Positions 19,401-25,051 of a stretch of DNA of 49,568 nt are shown here, in pieces (the first letter of the stretch is position 1; each line of letters opens with the position of its first letter). The stretch lies in contig CAYOEW010000002.1 of the NCBI GenBank assembly GCA_964403245.1, positions 1 through 49,568 on the forward strand, read 5' to 3'. This DNA comes from an uncultured Lachnospiraceae bacterium. GTDB taxonomy: Bacteria > Bacillota > Clostridia > Christensenellales > UBA1242. The notes below the pieces were generated by a model, which saw only the letters and a program-made list of their open reading frames with translations, was not told the origin of the DNA and ran no database searches. The position numbers were made by a program, and so were the translations under genes.

Positions 19401-21565
19401 TTGAAGAGATCTTCTTTGATTGAAAGAGAGCCTGTGTAAGACAACTTGTCTGTGTCGTTATCTTTTACAAGACTTTCAATGGAAACATATTGATCCGCAG
19501 AAACATTTCCGTTTCTGTCAACACACTCAACTTTGATTTTTCCATCCGCATACGCAGTGTCAACTTTTTGCGCGTCACTTTCAAAATCAGAACTTTCAAG
19601 AACAAGTTTGAATGTGATGACTGACTTTTTCAATCCACTGTCATCACGATTGATTGCTGGAACATAGATTTGTTCATCTTTCGTTACACTTGCGTCTTCT
19701 TCAATTTCAAAAGAAGGGGTCATGTTGTAAATTGAAAGGTTGCTTCGAACAATAACTTCTTTTGCGTTTGACATACCAACAAAATTGTATTTATTGTCTT
19801 TATCAAGATATGGTTTGTTGTCAGCATTCGTTTTCACAATCGCAGCAACAACATAAACCTTTCCTTCAAAACTCTCAAAGGCTGTCAAAATTGAACCTTC
19901 AAGTTCATAAAGGGTGTATTGTTTTTCTGAAATAGTATAATTAACCCCACCTTTGCAATCAAACACTTCGGTCATAACAAAACCATTAGGAACATCTGTA
20001 TCACAATATAAGAAATATTTCACAGTTTTGTAAACTTTGTCTTCCGAAATTTCACCAACCAATTCAGACAAATCGATGTGAGCAGGAGTTTTAACTATGT
20101 TTGAATTTCCATCTTCTTTGAAATTGATTTCAAGTTCAATTTCATCTTCGCTTTTCCATCCAATTTCTCCTTCGTCTGTTTTTGCTGAAAATTTGAAATT
20201 GAAAGACTTTTCTTCGTCAAATTTGAAGAAGTTCACCATTTTTCCATCATTGTTCTCAAAGAAGAAGTTCAATTTAACTTCAAAGTTTTCGCCTTCTGAT
20301 GCGGAAAAATCCCAATAATAATAATTTGGATTTGTTGGGGTTGTGTTTGGAAGAAGATAATATATTACACTTGCATTTTCGAAATAATTTTTTGTGGCAA
20401 CATAATTTTCTCTTGTTATTGTTGTTTCTTCACCGCTCTTATCAACCTTCATCAAACTTCCGCCGGAAATTTCCAGACCTTTAACCAATTTGATTCCAAT
20501 GTTTGAATAAAGCGTGCTGAGTTCTTGCGCTTTGCTGTCTTTGATTGACACACCCAAAGCCTTGTCACCACCAGACTTTGCTGTCACACGAATTTTTTTG
20601 TCAAAATTTCCTTCAAAAGTTTCGTTTTGAGAACTGAAATTTACACTGCTGATTTCAGCATTCAAAACTTTGATTTGAATGTCACAAGACACACAGTGTG
20701 TTGGGTTTTCTCTGAAATATGTACGAATAAGGTCTTTAAGATCTGACGCACCGCTGTTCTGCTTCAAGAATTGCGATTGATAGTATGCATTCGCGAAGGT
20801 GTATGCTGTGATTGTTGCAGTGTTGTCTCCTGTTATTTGTTCAGCATAAAATTTGCCCGTTTCTTCGTCATAACGAATGAAACCTTCTGCTGTTGCACTG
20901 TAAACAACAATTTTCTTGTCTGCGCTTGTGTCAGAAAACATATATTGACTTTTTTCTGGCACAAATGTTGTTTCAAGACCAAATTCCGAACCAACAACAA
21001 CTTCTTGAACAGTTCCCGTTTGTGTTGAGCCAGCGATTTTTGTTTTGATTTCATATACTGGAACGTCAACAAAAATGTTTACACTCTTTGCTTCAAGAAG
21101 TTTGTTTTCTGATTTTGCAGTGAGAAGGGAGTTTCCACCAACAATGATATTATCAAAAATTTCTTGACTGTATTCTGATTCAATTTGCACTGAAAATGCT
21201 TTGTTGAGTTTGACTTGAAGTGGAACAGTGATGACTCCGTCTGTGACATACCATTTTTCGTCTTTCTTGATTTTTCTTCCATTTGCAAGAGAAAGTTCAA
21301 CATTTGTTGCTGTGACATCTTCGGTCGTGGTCGAAATTGTCATCTTGAAATCAGAAGCAACTTCATATCTTCCAGTGTCAGCATTATAACTTCCAAGTCC
21401 TTCGTCAATTTCTGTTGAAAAACTCATGTCTTCCGGATTTACTTTTTTCTCATCAAACCCGCCAGACACATAAATTGAAAGCACAGTTGCACCTGCAACT
21501 GCAACCAGTCCAAATATAACAAGCATAATTGCTTTCCACAGACTTAAAGCTCCTCTTTTTCTCAT
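7412..21565 (-). CDS. giant (4717 aa) N-terminally membrane-anchored, probably surface-exposed protein of unknown family
   Basis: Uninterrupted 14,154-nt ORF with GGGAG 7 nt before the ATG. The N-terminus MRKRGALSLWKAIMLVIFGLVAVAGATVLSIYV is a basic stretch plus a ~22-aa hydrophobic anchor. The rest is hydrophilic, rich in T/E/K/N/Y/S/V and nearly Cys-free. It has internal protein and DNA repeats. Confidence 0.85.
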   Translation of the reverse strand: MRKRGALSLWKAIMLVIFGLVAVAGATVLSIYVSGGFDEKKVNPEDMSFSTEIDEGLGSYNADTGRYEVASDFKMTISTTTEDVTATNVELSLANGRKIKKDEKWYVTDGVITVPLQVKLNKAFSVQIESEYSQEIFDNIIVGGNSLLTAKSENKLLEAKSVNIFVDVPVYEIKTKIAGSTQTGTVQEVVVGSEFGLETTFVPEKSQYMFSDTSADKKIVVYSATAEGFIRYDEETGKFYAEQITGDNTATITAYTFANAYYQSQFLKQNSGASDLKDLIRTYFRENPTHCVSCDIQIKVLNAEISSVNFSSQNETFEGNFDKKIRVTAKSGGDKALGVSIKDSKAQELSTLYSNIGIKLVKGLEISGGSLMKVDKSGEETTITRENYVATKNYFENASVIYYLLPNTTPTNPNYYYWDFSASEGENFEVKLNFFFENNDGKMVNFFKFDEEKSFNFKFSAKTDEGEIGWKSEDEIELEINFKEDGNSNIVKTPAHIDLSELVGEISEDKVYKTVKYFLYCDTDVPNGFVMTEVFDCKGGVNYTISEKQYTLYELEGSILTAFESFEGKVYVVAAIVKTNADNKPYLDKDNKYNFVGMSNAKEVIVRSNLSIYNMTPSFEIEEDASVTKDEQIYVPAINRDDSGLKKSVITFKLVLESSDFESDAQKVDTAYADGKIKVECVDRNGNVSADQYVSIESLVKDNDTDKLSYTGSLSIKEDLFKAATNGTDEGKYVRLQLRFNDGKSDYTQIIKDKSNNDHFFIYYQQPVSISSAFENNNNFKEDGKIANVIVNIKSNETSIKWGSEDIAGEDLEGILEKLNKYLETEITDQYGKKIETKDGIYSIKLVEDPGTGNNKIINLNTDGNAIIGFSSTTSSKETCLMIEVVDNAGNFVLDEASKKKITFSVESEGISKVKYDITDIAGTPSYEESESITNVKVSKYVTTKDVLTLSNLVKVYTGSNTEEASESIFFLDESSFSSWDLQTKKDIMLMIGFNDDGTDRQEETQTNSKSIDDYLTEEIEKIKIINPFGKDTTIGFLVMDKDKSLYRISLELEFLADVGINSTFESYYTDHSDYLTKDGTKLSIVAGEKYDLDNYLKLSAKGTKTTDKDENGNLKTDESGNSIIVNNSYSWFAAVKGSGVEEIKAKLIKVDNNDERVILEKSENKLCLYVDSESVFQLTTIKVTIYYGVQTNFAASQTLTFLVHPDIIIRQKENPKLTLANTDSELETFYDAFSLVSFFKNECKFDNLDLKEIPSPTFENISDKAYITLDSDGKFGVTTATLQIGAEEYVTQQFSVKEGKSNNNLIIDAVKLLYDGTIVKIDSDSEVHLILDFQIGFGKNITEIFKIVGTEEYATSISSNGKEKVVLFSGKTYSSDYLVDSFSGRYFSKNGEKGVSVTSIDNFMIDDDENAIRIKMDVEKDENTLTVIVSIPVYITRIGENYVYYSNNDNTYNTFEKVSLDVLTGEYQGLVDNEVFETLEAGKTYNVVHDTEKSTTHASGFGFRGSLVGLENQEGATYSLSIVEGEEYGEIVGTDQLKIYSLTAGGEDAYIGLKLTFSQNGYTFSWFYRIKVKADATLEDVSYPFSEDGEYLDVESKYYDGEKYVIDFAEQFQNTANDGKTRFGKVEKVGELLANAISFTSEYRIKEVMIDGVVTTDFDAYFTYEFDGSKLIITMLTSNSQIDITVERILRSLVLQGAGQEQTQGDKVVGSEQTYTLKFGQGKTYKHTLSKTTGSGETADTKALTADGNTYTTEISAGSGEIILTPTLQITNNGTDSPVAGIRAYVSSDADLSNFLKKYQQISAGTEYFEKDGETISSTAVGTLEKDVLSFETETIDKKTYVKFDLEVTTTGEDGEETTQTKTYYVLSDNLEREYFYLDEQNRLHICPKNNVTENFNAEIGFYPLLKVENKKEYYDKVAFRLDLTVKGHYAWTFNSGFVGGKTYDFIKAKENVNSEEYGIFSSITDLLNNGSYTLSLKVTTESITLDNAGELTADKLVNIDNENNKVTFAHLTQDVTFKFTATITDSDNETFSFDFEITVKKSVTLTSKTITDSHKRYGNVEFKVGEGSDSVGLDVIADKFGFEQRIIIPAGTEYFEKTIDKNNQPILNKVGEISDGTTKEGFETETIGGTKYVKFNSIETKENGTTETKVYYVEYDKVNFHGDIRFKDVESQYSLTITPQNVAVDGTGVTETINMVYWFEGECIYGFSFNFTYYVYKNVTVTPNYPKPDGENSSTAEYIEVQVESDGACRSDYFENFFDSIATFATDNRFVVKEVEGLEGIDFGREYKIEITEIENATIQDTSGKVYSKETLATSKSMPNLNIRFILSDTSKNGRVVFTLTCNEVSAEYEVILVNGSVISVETHSPNYDNNQETIYAEDLATMSTQTLFESDRIMSATFSGKGKATKGATYYVRFLKENTAKVKELKVTELGKEINVELGESLTGYLYDGTYQNENNAKDGISPINDEEYYESVPKLTARIVAKYKDGSTIKLTDDTTLELITATKDSTVKKRFAYQFKEGTPAGTKVKFTFKFYSISTLWRTQTRTYEVTCTDNKEYYIDTGSDLLKHQSSQITYAPMGELYERSESGEYEVTTDTSFEEGETYYELIYTYKVTTDTSFEEGKTYYEKTESGEYKEITSFEEGKSYYERSESYQQTTDTSFAEGKTYYEKAYIYNETNDKKYDSKKIYYFKDNSGNYIEFNVDNILSIATNKNVTITEEKTEKANAYDVDAWYTEEKVSLGVQVKVGDTTIKTSAKYNFYIDVEFGVENATESVDEMHIQEIVAGTSNSLFGSYNNIFGIKNTRTGENYTKQLMAQNSGNFELFIYGFDGAPIKEGTLAYEIHNKLKKDKFVDASGNEIIYSTGLNPRASQEINGDGYVTGGDQNNNYITLSGDQKITKNGVEVDTGKTLDYAITAQGCSNDGNYVMMKIVYTVKVAKVEIVKEYNIMFKVVPGSSTTVQFKSSHNATSSFNPGNTEFDKDEHRTITSNNNSYYVINKGETSFNLWTNNAEATGFDVGVINAFMYGGTSINSANKFTYTYTINTPSGYNDFGDLNNTLTPYNNDSGSNSWKQVGENSNTYKGNPTTNDSDDEQYKYLSLKLPKLNLGERYFVIEGENTFGYKIKFYFKLVADLNPEVESISSTTIEEGNYVGVGVRYQEVETTKQAPSSDDNSDLYTVYKPVDYEIGKSGTTTKYKLDSIQVTTEAGKANYSVIFRVTTEYGGDNEAYAGTTPEWQREASANDTSYSLYNEKDKNDGWKSISGGSVDKFKYYNIKTVTLWLKCTKGSDGITPIYSVKAIYKDEKTNKIEVDIKQSYNVNSTYSTPETSGLGDGFVSVLLKGIDAYAYNKETETSFDTGSALTSQLYNLKVTAIDYYLQDNTWIGGTGDEYSDTTYQTELPEKSSDGADLFTSDSFNFLKEKDGGVEIVAGQNAAGDDHGFVVPKINGIYYGTGNTLSNVKMRITLKDMTQDDESKTNEAYLYYTVTLVRAASSEGMFKSTNIEDGQNIMLGENVGTEKSISSVLNDTLEVKLDSGASVTFVVSNEEITEKNIDEMTRITKTNNRTYAITEYVGISASIDGLENNLGNEKFYISIVEKTGNVEFEYNGSELKTDVSYNSATSFVENKTYYLKDNEFILINSEDEFNKLNEEKYIRHEGDASGSIENYKENITLNIENIAELNNSNYKTETLFFLFKANNRTYQHAQEFRVYPNAKSAEHSNIDEQGNYVVKVEDYLKVSNGTNTYYVTTLNQWAKEIKTVLYTADSKSVGSPVGFFDDPFKYEFEINTTISGGLGSAFIDERGAITTSEDFVLESHTITVNVYQRVSGDDGLYQEANKKLKLAQFRLYFEQVKDEEFIVPFETENNQLVYYPNAGTITLTTKYKIDSENSHTMDNILVIPNGYYYSVPSAKTNNVSSAIYEIDKGNNVTKISTSFACKVGETVSLEELVGDNKNVVESNFTYHMIKVDDTLIPRGNIGTWTFSTAGQYEFSILVTGRDSKGNFAQEIVTGTMMVYDTSTRVNKSVLIPTTGENGSYNLNGNIGEYDWYELDSQGNITQIEGGKVSDLPLGKTTRQYLASRDDSFTIYNITYYVYRGKAEKSATVKSNTNFSLSNLPDDDREYEFLNIKDSYKSVTGYKTTKQGGNTENVTYFVIIRENGEITSVEQWTVTYYIVNTDTEALAGFVSNEKLLDDKARELIAKDNGADNITLNKLESNGVLNGLKGGNSSVYTQYTEATKDNIVTDANELTNGKYLLSDLYEFVEYEATADTSFVSGKTYYEKTTDDGTDTYSVTTDEELKEDKTYYEKVDKYVKTEDKEVVAGKTYYYATFTSIITRTYFATINNADGTISYKKYTITFYVHQGKEKNISYATTSTLYFELADLNKLVQEEVNGEGIVGYYEFNGNTLREVTAISLEKDEKLQYYVFVGGQYYLINFKFKIVDLIVDLIVDETLPALTEVASGNIVTDASSVTEGKYLLSDLYEFVGYEATADTSFVSGKTYYEKTTDDGTDTYSVTTDEELKEDKTYYEKVDKYVKTEDKEVVAGKTYYRLTNELSALEDNIKEISGFEGDLKVDFAILKDDGELHYALSSTTIDESTTLIANVRKVYYKQKTGSDGTTVSYVETTDKTKEVGITYFTKELVKYDGDLVIGETYYVYDTTQEKWKTEKATSTEKENNCEYYLESFVETNFEMKYILVNITVKGAGETTSESREVN
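7913..8172 (-). repeat. copy A of an intragenic ~260-bp direct repeat (first 190 bp identical to copy B)
   Basis: By direct comparison, 7913-8102 is identical to 8582-8771. The next ~70 bp carry about 11 mismatches. The offset is 669 bp (223 codons). Confidence 0.9.
8211..8243 (-). repeat. 12-bp in-frame tandem repeat, about 2.75 copies (encodes VDLIVDLIVD)
   Basis: TCCACAATCAAA at 8211-8222 and 8223-8234, then TCCACAATC at 8235-8243. Confidence 0.9.
8582..8842 (-). repeat. copy B of the intragenic ~260-bp direct repeat
   Basis: See copy A. Encodes NIVTDA..GKYLLSDLYEFV.YEATADTSFVSGKTYYEKTTDDGTDTYSVTTDEELKEDKTYYEKVDKYVKTEDKEVVAGKTYY. Confidence 0.9.
13546..13815 (-). repeat. degenerate tandem array encoding (T)TDTSF.EGKTYYE units
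   Basis: Four DNA units of the form TCATAGTAAGTCTTGCCTTCTTCAAATGAAGTGTCTGTTGT with variants. The protein reads TTDTSFEEGETYYEL..TTDTSFEEGKTYYEK..ITSFEEGKSYYER..TTDTSFAEGKTYYEK. Confidence 0.85.
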
Positions 21566-21681
21566 TACAAAACTCCCATTTCCAAAAATCTCAAATCAAC
21601 ACAAACAAAAACAGGTAAAAAATAAAAATTTAATAAACAAAAATATGTCCAAAATTATTGTTTGCTTAATTTAACAAAATA

Positions 21682-21710
21682 ATTATACATTTTTTTGCCT
21701 TCAAGTGCAA
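21682..21710 (-). promoter_or_regulatory. candidate promoter of the giant gene
   Basis: Minus strand: TTGCAC, 17 nt (contains A7), TATAAT, about 110 nt upstream of the ATG. The -35 is weak. Confidence 0.35.
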
Positions 21711-21813
21711 GCGTTTCAGCCGAAAAGTGTAGATTTTATATATAAAATATATAATTGCCGTCCACCAGAGCGAAAATCAGTCACTTTCTGCGCGTTACAC
21801 AACTTTCAAAAGG

Positions 21814-21842
21814 TTGACACAAGGCGGATTTTGGGATATAAT
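21814..21842 (+). promoter_or_regulatory. consensus sigma-70 promoter positioned for a leaderless transcript
   Basis: TTGACA (21814-21819), 17 nt, TATAAT (21837-21842). The ATG at 21849 is 6 nt after the -10 and has no SD. Confidence 0.6.
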
Positions 21843-21848
21843 CAACAT

Positions 21849-22505
21849 ATGAACACGAATTATGAAGTTTTGAATTATCTCAACTTGACGAGCAACGAAC
21901 TCGGCAAACTTTACAAACTCACTGGCTACAATCCGTTGCCAAGTGATTTTGTGCTGACAAAAAAAGCAATCAAGGAAAGATTACTCCTTGGACAACTTGA
22001 ATGTCCAAAAATTCCAAATTTTGTGTTTGAATCAAAAAAAGAACTCAAAAAACGCTTTAAGACATCTCTGAAAAATGTCAATAATGTTTTGAAAAAAGCA
22101 TCCATTGAAGGATTTGATGTTGAATTTGTAAAGAAAATGGATTTTTACTTCAATGTTCGAAGAGAAGTCACCCAAATCATCTTGAAAAAATTCGGAAAAG
22201 TTGATTTTGACGAGTGTGATGCATATCTTGAAATCTATGCACTCGACCCAATCTTTTCTGATTTGTTGGAAGTCCTTTATGAAGAAAATTTTGACCTTTC
22301 TTGCATCACTCCAAAATTGCAAAAGGAATATTCTGCTTTGCGAGAAAAACGCTTCAAAACTTTAGCAAAAAAAGAAACAAAAAGACGCAAAACAGCAGAA
22401 AAACAAGCACAAATGGTGCGTGAAAATGTCAAAATGGCTCAAAAAACAAAAAAATCACAAAAAGTTGTCAAAATGGCAAAACATAACAACAAGGAGAAAT
22501 CATGA
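21849..22505 (+). CDS. hypothetical protein (218 aa) with a Lys-rich C-terminal tail
   Basis: ATG 21849 is in frame with ORF 21705..22505, whose upstream part contains the promoter. The tail reads KKETKRRKTAEKQAQMVRENVKMAQKTKKSQKVVKMAKHNNKEKS. Its TGA overlaps the ATG of the next gene (ATGA). Confidence 0.55.
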   Translation: MNTNYEVLNYLNLTSNELGKLYKLTGYNPLPSDFVLTKKAIKERLLLGQLECPKIPNFVFESKKELKKRFKTSLKNVNNVLKKASIEGFDVEFVKKMDFYFNVRREVTQIILKKFGKVDFDECDAYLEIYALDPIFSDLLEVLYEENFDLSCITPKLQKEYSALREKRFKTLAKKETKRRKTAEKQAQMVRENVKMAQKTKKSQKVVKMAKHNNKEKS

Positions 22506-24082
22506 TACAAGCAATCAACGTTTCGTTGGCTTTTGGCGGAAGAACGCTCTATAAAGAAGTCAACTTGAAATTCACAAAAGGAAACTGCTATGGCATCATC
22601 GGTGCAAACGGAGCAGGAAAATCAACATTTTTGAAAATTTTGACCGGCGAACTTGAACCTAACACCGGCGAAATCATCATCACCCCAGGCGAAAGAATGT
22701 CTGTTTTGGAACAAAACCAAAACAAATACGACAATGAAACTGTTTTGGACACTGTGCTTTTGGGTCACAAAAGACTTATGGAAATCCAAAAAGAAAAAGA
22801 TGCTCTCTACGCAAAAGAAGACTTTTCGGATGAGGACGGAATAAGAGCAGGCGAACTCGAAACAGAATTTGCTGAATTGGGCGGTTGGGAAGCCGACAGT
22901 GAAGCAAAAACTCTTTTGCAAAATTTGGGCGTTTCGGAAGATTGTTTCTATGACCTTATGTCAACTCTTGACGCAAAAATCAAGGTCAAAGTGCTTTTGG
23001 CACAGGCATTGTTTGGAAATCCTGACATTCTGGTCTTGGACGAACCTACAAACAACCTTGACTTCAAAACAATCAGATGGCTTGAAAACTTCTTGCTTGA
23101 TTTTGAAAACATTGTCATCATCGTGTCCCACAACAGACACTTTTTGAACAAGGTTTGCACACATATTTGTGATGTTGACTTCGGTCAAATCAACATGTTC
23201 CTTGGAAACTATGATTTCTGGTATGAAACAAGTCAACTTCTTGCACGTCAAGCAAAAGACCAAAACAAAAAAGCCGAGCAACGTGCAAAAGAACTCAAAG
23301 ATTTCATCGCCCGCTTCTCTGCAAATGCTTCAAAATCAAAACAAGCAACAAGCAGAAAGAAAGAATTGGAAAAGCTTACAATTGAAGATTTGAAACCTTC
23401 GTCAAGAAAATATCCATATGTTGATTTCAAATATGAGCAAGAAATTGGAAAAGAAATCTTGAAAGTTGAGAAACTCTCCAAAAAAGGAATGTTTAACAAC
23501 CTCTCGTTTAACGTTGAGCATGGACAAAAAATTGCATTTCTTTCATCAAACAGCCAAGTTCTCACAACACTTTTCAATATCATTGCAGGAAAAGAAGAAG
23601 CAGACAGCGGAACAATCCGTTTTGGAAAAACAATCAAATATTCCTATCTTCCACAGGACAACAGAGAATATTTTGACGACTGCCACCTGTCAATTGTGGA
23701 TTGGTTAAGACAATATTCCAAAGACAAAACTGAAAGTTATGTCCGCGGATGGTTGGGCAGGATGCTGTTTTCAGGTGAAGAAAGTTTGAAAGAAGTCAAC
23801 GTCCTTTCTGGTGGAGAAAAAGTCAGGTGTATGCTTGCAAAAATCATGCTTGAATCTGGAAACTTCTTGATTTTGGATGAACCAATCAATCACCTTGACC
23901 TTGAAAGCATTACATCTCTCAACAAAGGAATGATCAATTTCAAAGGTGCAATGATTTTTGCAACAGGTGACCAAGAAATCATCGAAACAGTTGCAAACAG
24001 AATCATTGACGTTGTTGATGAAAACACCATAATCGACAAACAAATGTCATATGAAGAATATATGAAAAAATTCAAAAATTAA
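22502..24082 (+). CDS. ABC-F family ATPase (YbiT-like), no TM domain, with one degenerate nucleotide-binding site
   Basis: Two tandem ABC domains joined by a linker (RFSANASKSKQATSRKKELEKL). NBD1 Walker A is GANGAGKST and the NBD2 signature is LSGGEKVR. The NBD2 Walker A position reads LSSNSQVLTT. AAGGAG RBS. Confidence 0.9.
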   Translation: MIQAINVSLAFGGRTLYKEVNLKFTKGNCYGIIGANGAGKSTFLKILTGELEPNTGEIIITPGERMSVLEQNQNKYDNETVLDTVLLGHKRLMEIQKEKDALYAKEDFSDEDGIRAGELETEFAELGGWEADSEAKTLLQNLGVSEDCFYDLMSTLDAKIKVKVLLAQALFGNPDILVLDEPTNNLDFKTIRWLENFLLDFENIVIIVSHNRHFLNKVCTHICDVDFGQINMFLGNYDFWYETSQLLARQAKDQNKKAEQRAKELKDFIARFSANASKSKQATSRKKELEKLTIEDLKPSSRKYPYVDFKYEQEIGKEILKVEKLSKKGMFNNLSFNVEHGQKIAFLSSNSQVLTTLFNIIAGKEEADSGTIRFGKTIKYSYLPQDNREYFDDCHLSIVDWLRQYSKDKTESYVRGWLGRMLFSGEESLKEVNVLSGGEKVRCMLAKIMLESGNFLILDEPINHLDLESITSLNKGMINFKGAMIFATGDQEIIETVANRIIDVVDENTIIDKQMSYEEYMKKFKN

Positions 24083-24107
24083 ATCGCAATAATTTGCGAT
24101 TTTTTTA
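24083..24107 (+). terminator. intrinsic terminator after the ABC-F gene
   Basis: ATCGCAA, loop TAAT, TTGCGAT, then T7. Confidence 0.7.
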
Positions 24108-24388
24108 TTTATTTTGTTTTTTTATTTAAAAATTAAAATAAAATTAAAAAAATATTTATTTAATTAAAAAAATGTTTATAAATTCGATTTTTTATTTATT
24201 TTTAATATTTTTTAAAAAATAATGTAAAAAACCTACACACCCCTAATTTATGGACAAAAAATAAAAGAATTGCGTTTTTTCTTTTATTTTTTAATATTTT
24301 TATTTGTTTTTTTATTTTTTATTTTATTTTATTAAAATTTAATTTATTTTTAATATTTTATTGTTTATTTTTTATTTTAATTTATTTT
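24108..24388. other. ~280-bp almost pure A/T low-complexity spacer between convergent genes
   Basis: Only one short G/C-containing island (ACCTACACACCCCTAATTTATGGAC, about 24231-24255). The motif ATTTTTAATATTTT recurs three times. Confidence 0.8.
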
Positions 24389-24853
24389 TTATAATTCTCT
24401 TGATTTTTCAATTAAAAAATCAATTTCTGTTTTTTCTTGTGGCTTTTTTATTTCCTTTTGGAAATTGTGAATTCTTCTGTTTTTATATTCAAAGTTGAAT
24501 TTTTCTTCATTCTCTCGCTTGTATTTCAAAGTTCCTTCTTTTCCACAAAGAGTAATCAAAAATTTGACACCTTCGTCCTTTGTGATTATTGCAAGAGTTT
24601 TTTCTGTTTGTCTTGTTTTGAAATAAACACAAACCACATCAAGAATTTTCTTGTCCGCATCTTCAAAAGAAAAGTTTCCAAAGAATCGTTTGCAGTTTTC
24701 ATTGTGCGCAAATCTGTCATATTCAAAATTTTCAACAATCTTTGCAATTTCCTGCATATCTTGATTGTCGCTGATTTTTATTGCATTTATAAATTTTTTC
24801 CACTCTTCATTCAGTTCAGCATCCAATTTGATTTTTCTTGGTTCTCTTTTCAT
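24389..24853 (-). CDS. hypothetical protein (154 aa)
   Basis: AAGGAGAG RBS before ATG 24853. The upstream promoter is TTGCAA, 17 nt, TAAAAT with extended TG. No family recognised. Confidence 0.55.
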   Translation of the reverse strand: MKREPRKIKLDAELNEEWKKFINAIKISDNQDMQEIAKIVENFEYDRFAHNENCKRFFGNFSFEDADKKILDVVCVYFKTRQTEKTLAIITKDEGVKFLITLCGKEGTLKYKRENEEKFNFEYKNRRIHNFQKEIKKPQEKTEIDFLIEKSREL

Positions 24854-24984
24854 TTCTCTCTCCTTAAATTTATTTTATCACAAAACAATCTCTTTTGCAA
24901 GTATGAATTATTTCTTATTTTTGTTTCAAAAATCACAGAATAACACGTTTTTTGCTTTTTATTTTGATATTTATATAAATAAAA

Positions 24985-25013
24985 TTGACTTTTGTTTTTG
25001 TTTGTTTTAAAAT
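24985..25013 (+). promoter_or_regulatory. candidate glyQS promoter
   Basis: TTGACT, 17 nt, TAAAAT, about 40 nt before the ATG. Confidence 0.4.
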
Positions 25014-25051
25014 ATTTTTGCTTGAAAAAGTTTAAAAGAAGAAGGAATTTT

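Noticed and set aside
7577-21418. About 30 plus-strand ORFs of 60-125 aa inside the giant gene
   Set aside because: All are antisense to a continuous 4717-codon frame. They are F/L/S/C/I-rich, as expected from reading an AT-rich gene backwards, and none has an RBS.
21705-21848. N-terminal 48-codon extension (GTG start) of the 266-aa ORF
   Set aside because: The extension contains a perfect TTGACA-17-TATAAT promoter facing the same way. The first ATG sits 6 nt after the -10.
24108-24388. Possible CRISPR or tandem-repeat array
   Set aside because: There are no regularly spaced repeats of defined length. The recurring oligos are low-complexity A/T words at irregular spacing.
24854-25051. T-box leader upstream of glyQS
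   Set aside because: Many Bacillota regulate glyQS with a T-box. Here the ~200-nt upstream region is almost pure A/T. It has no AGAGA/GNUGGUA-type T-box core, no specifier hairpin and no terminator/antiterminator pair.
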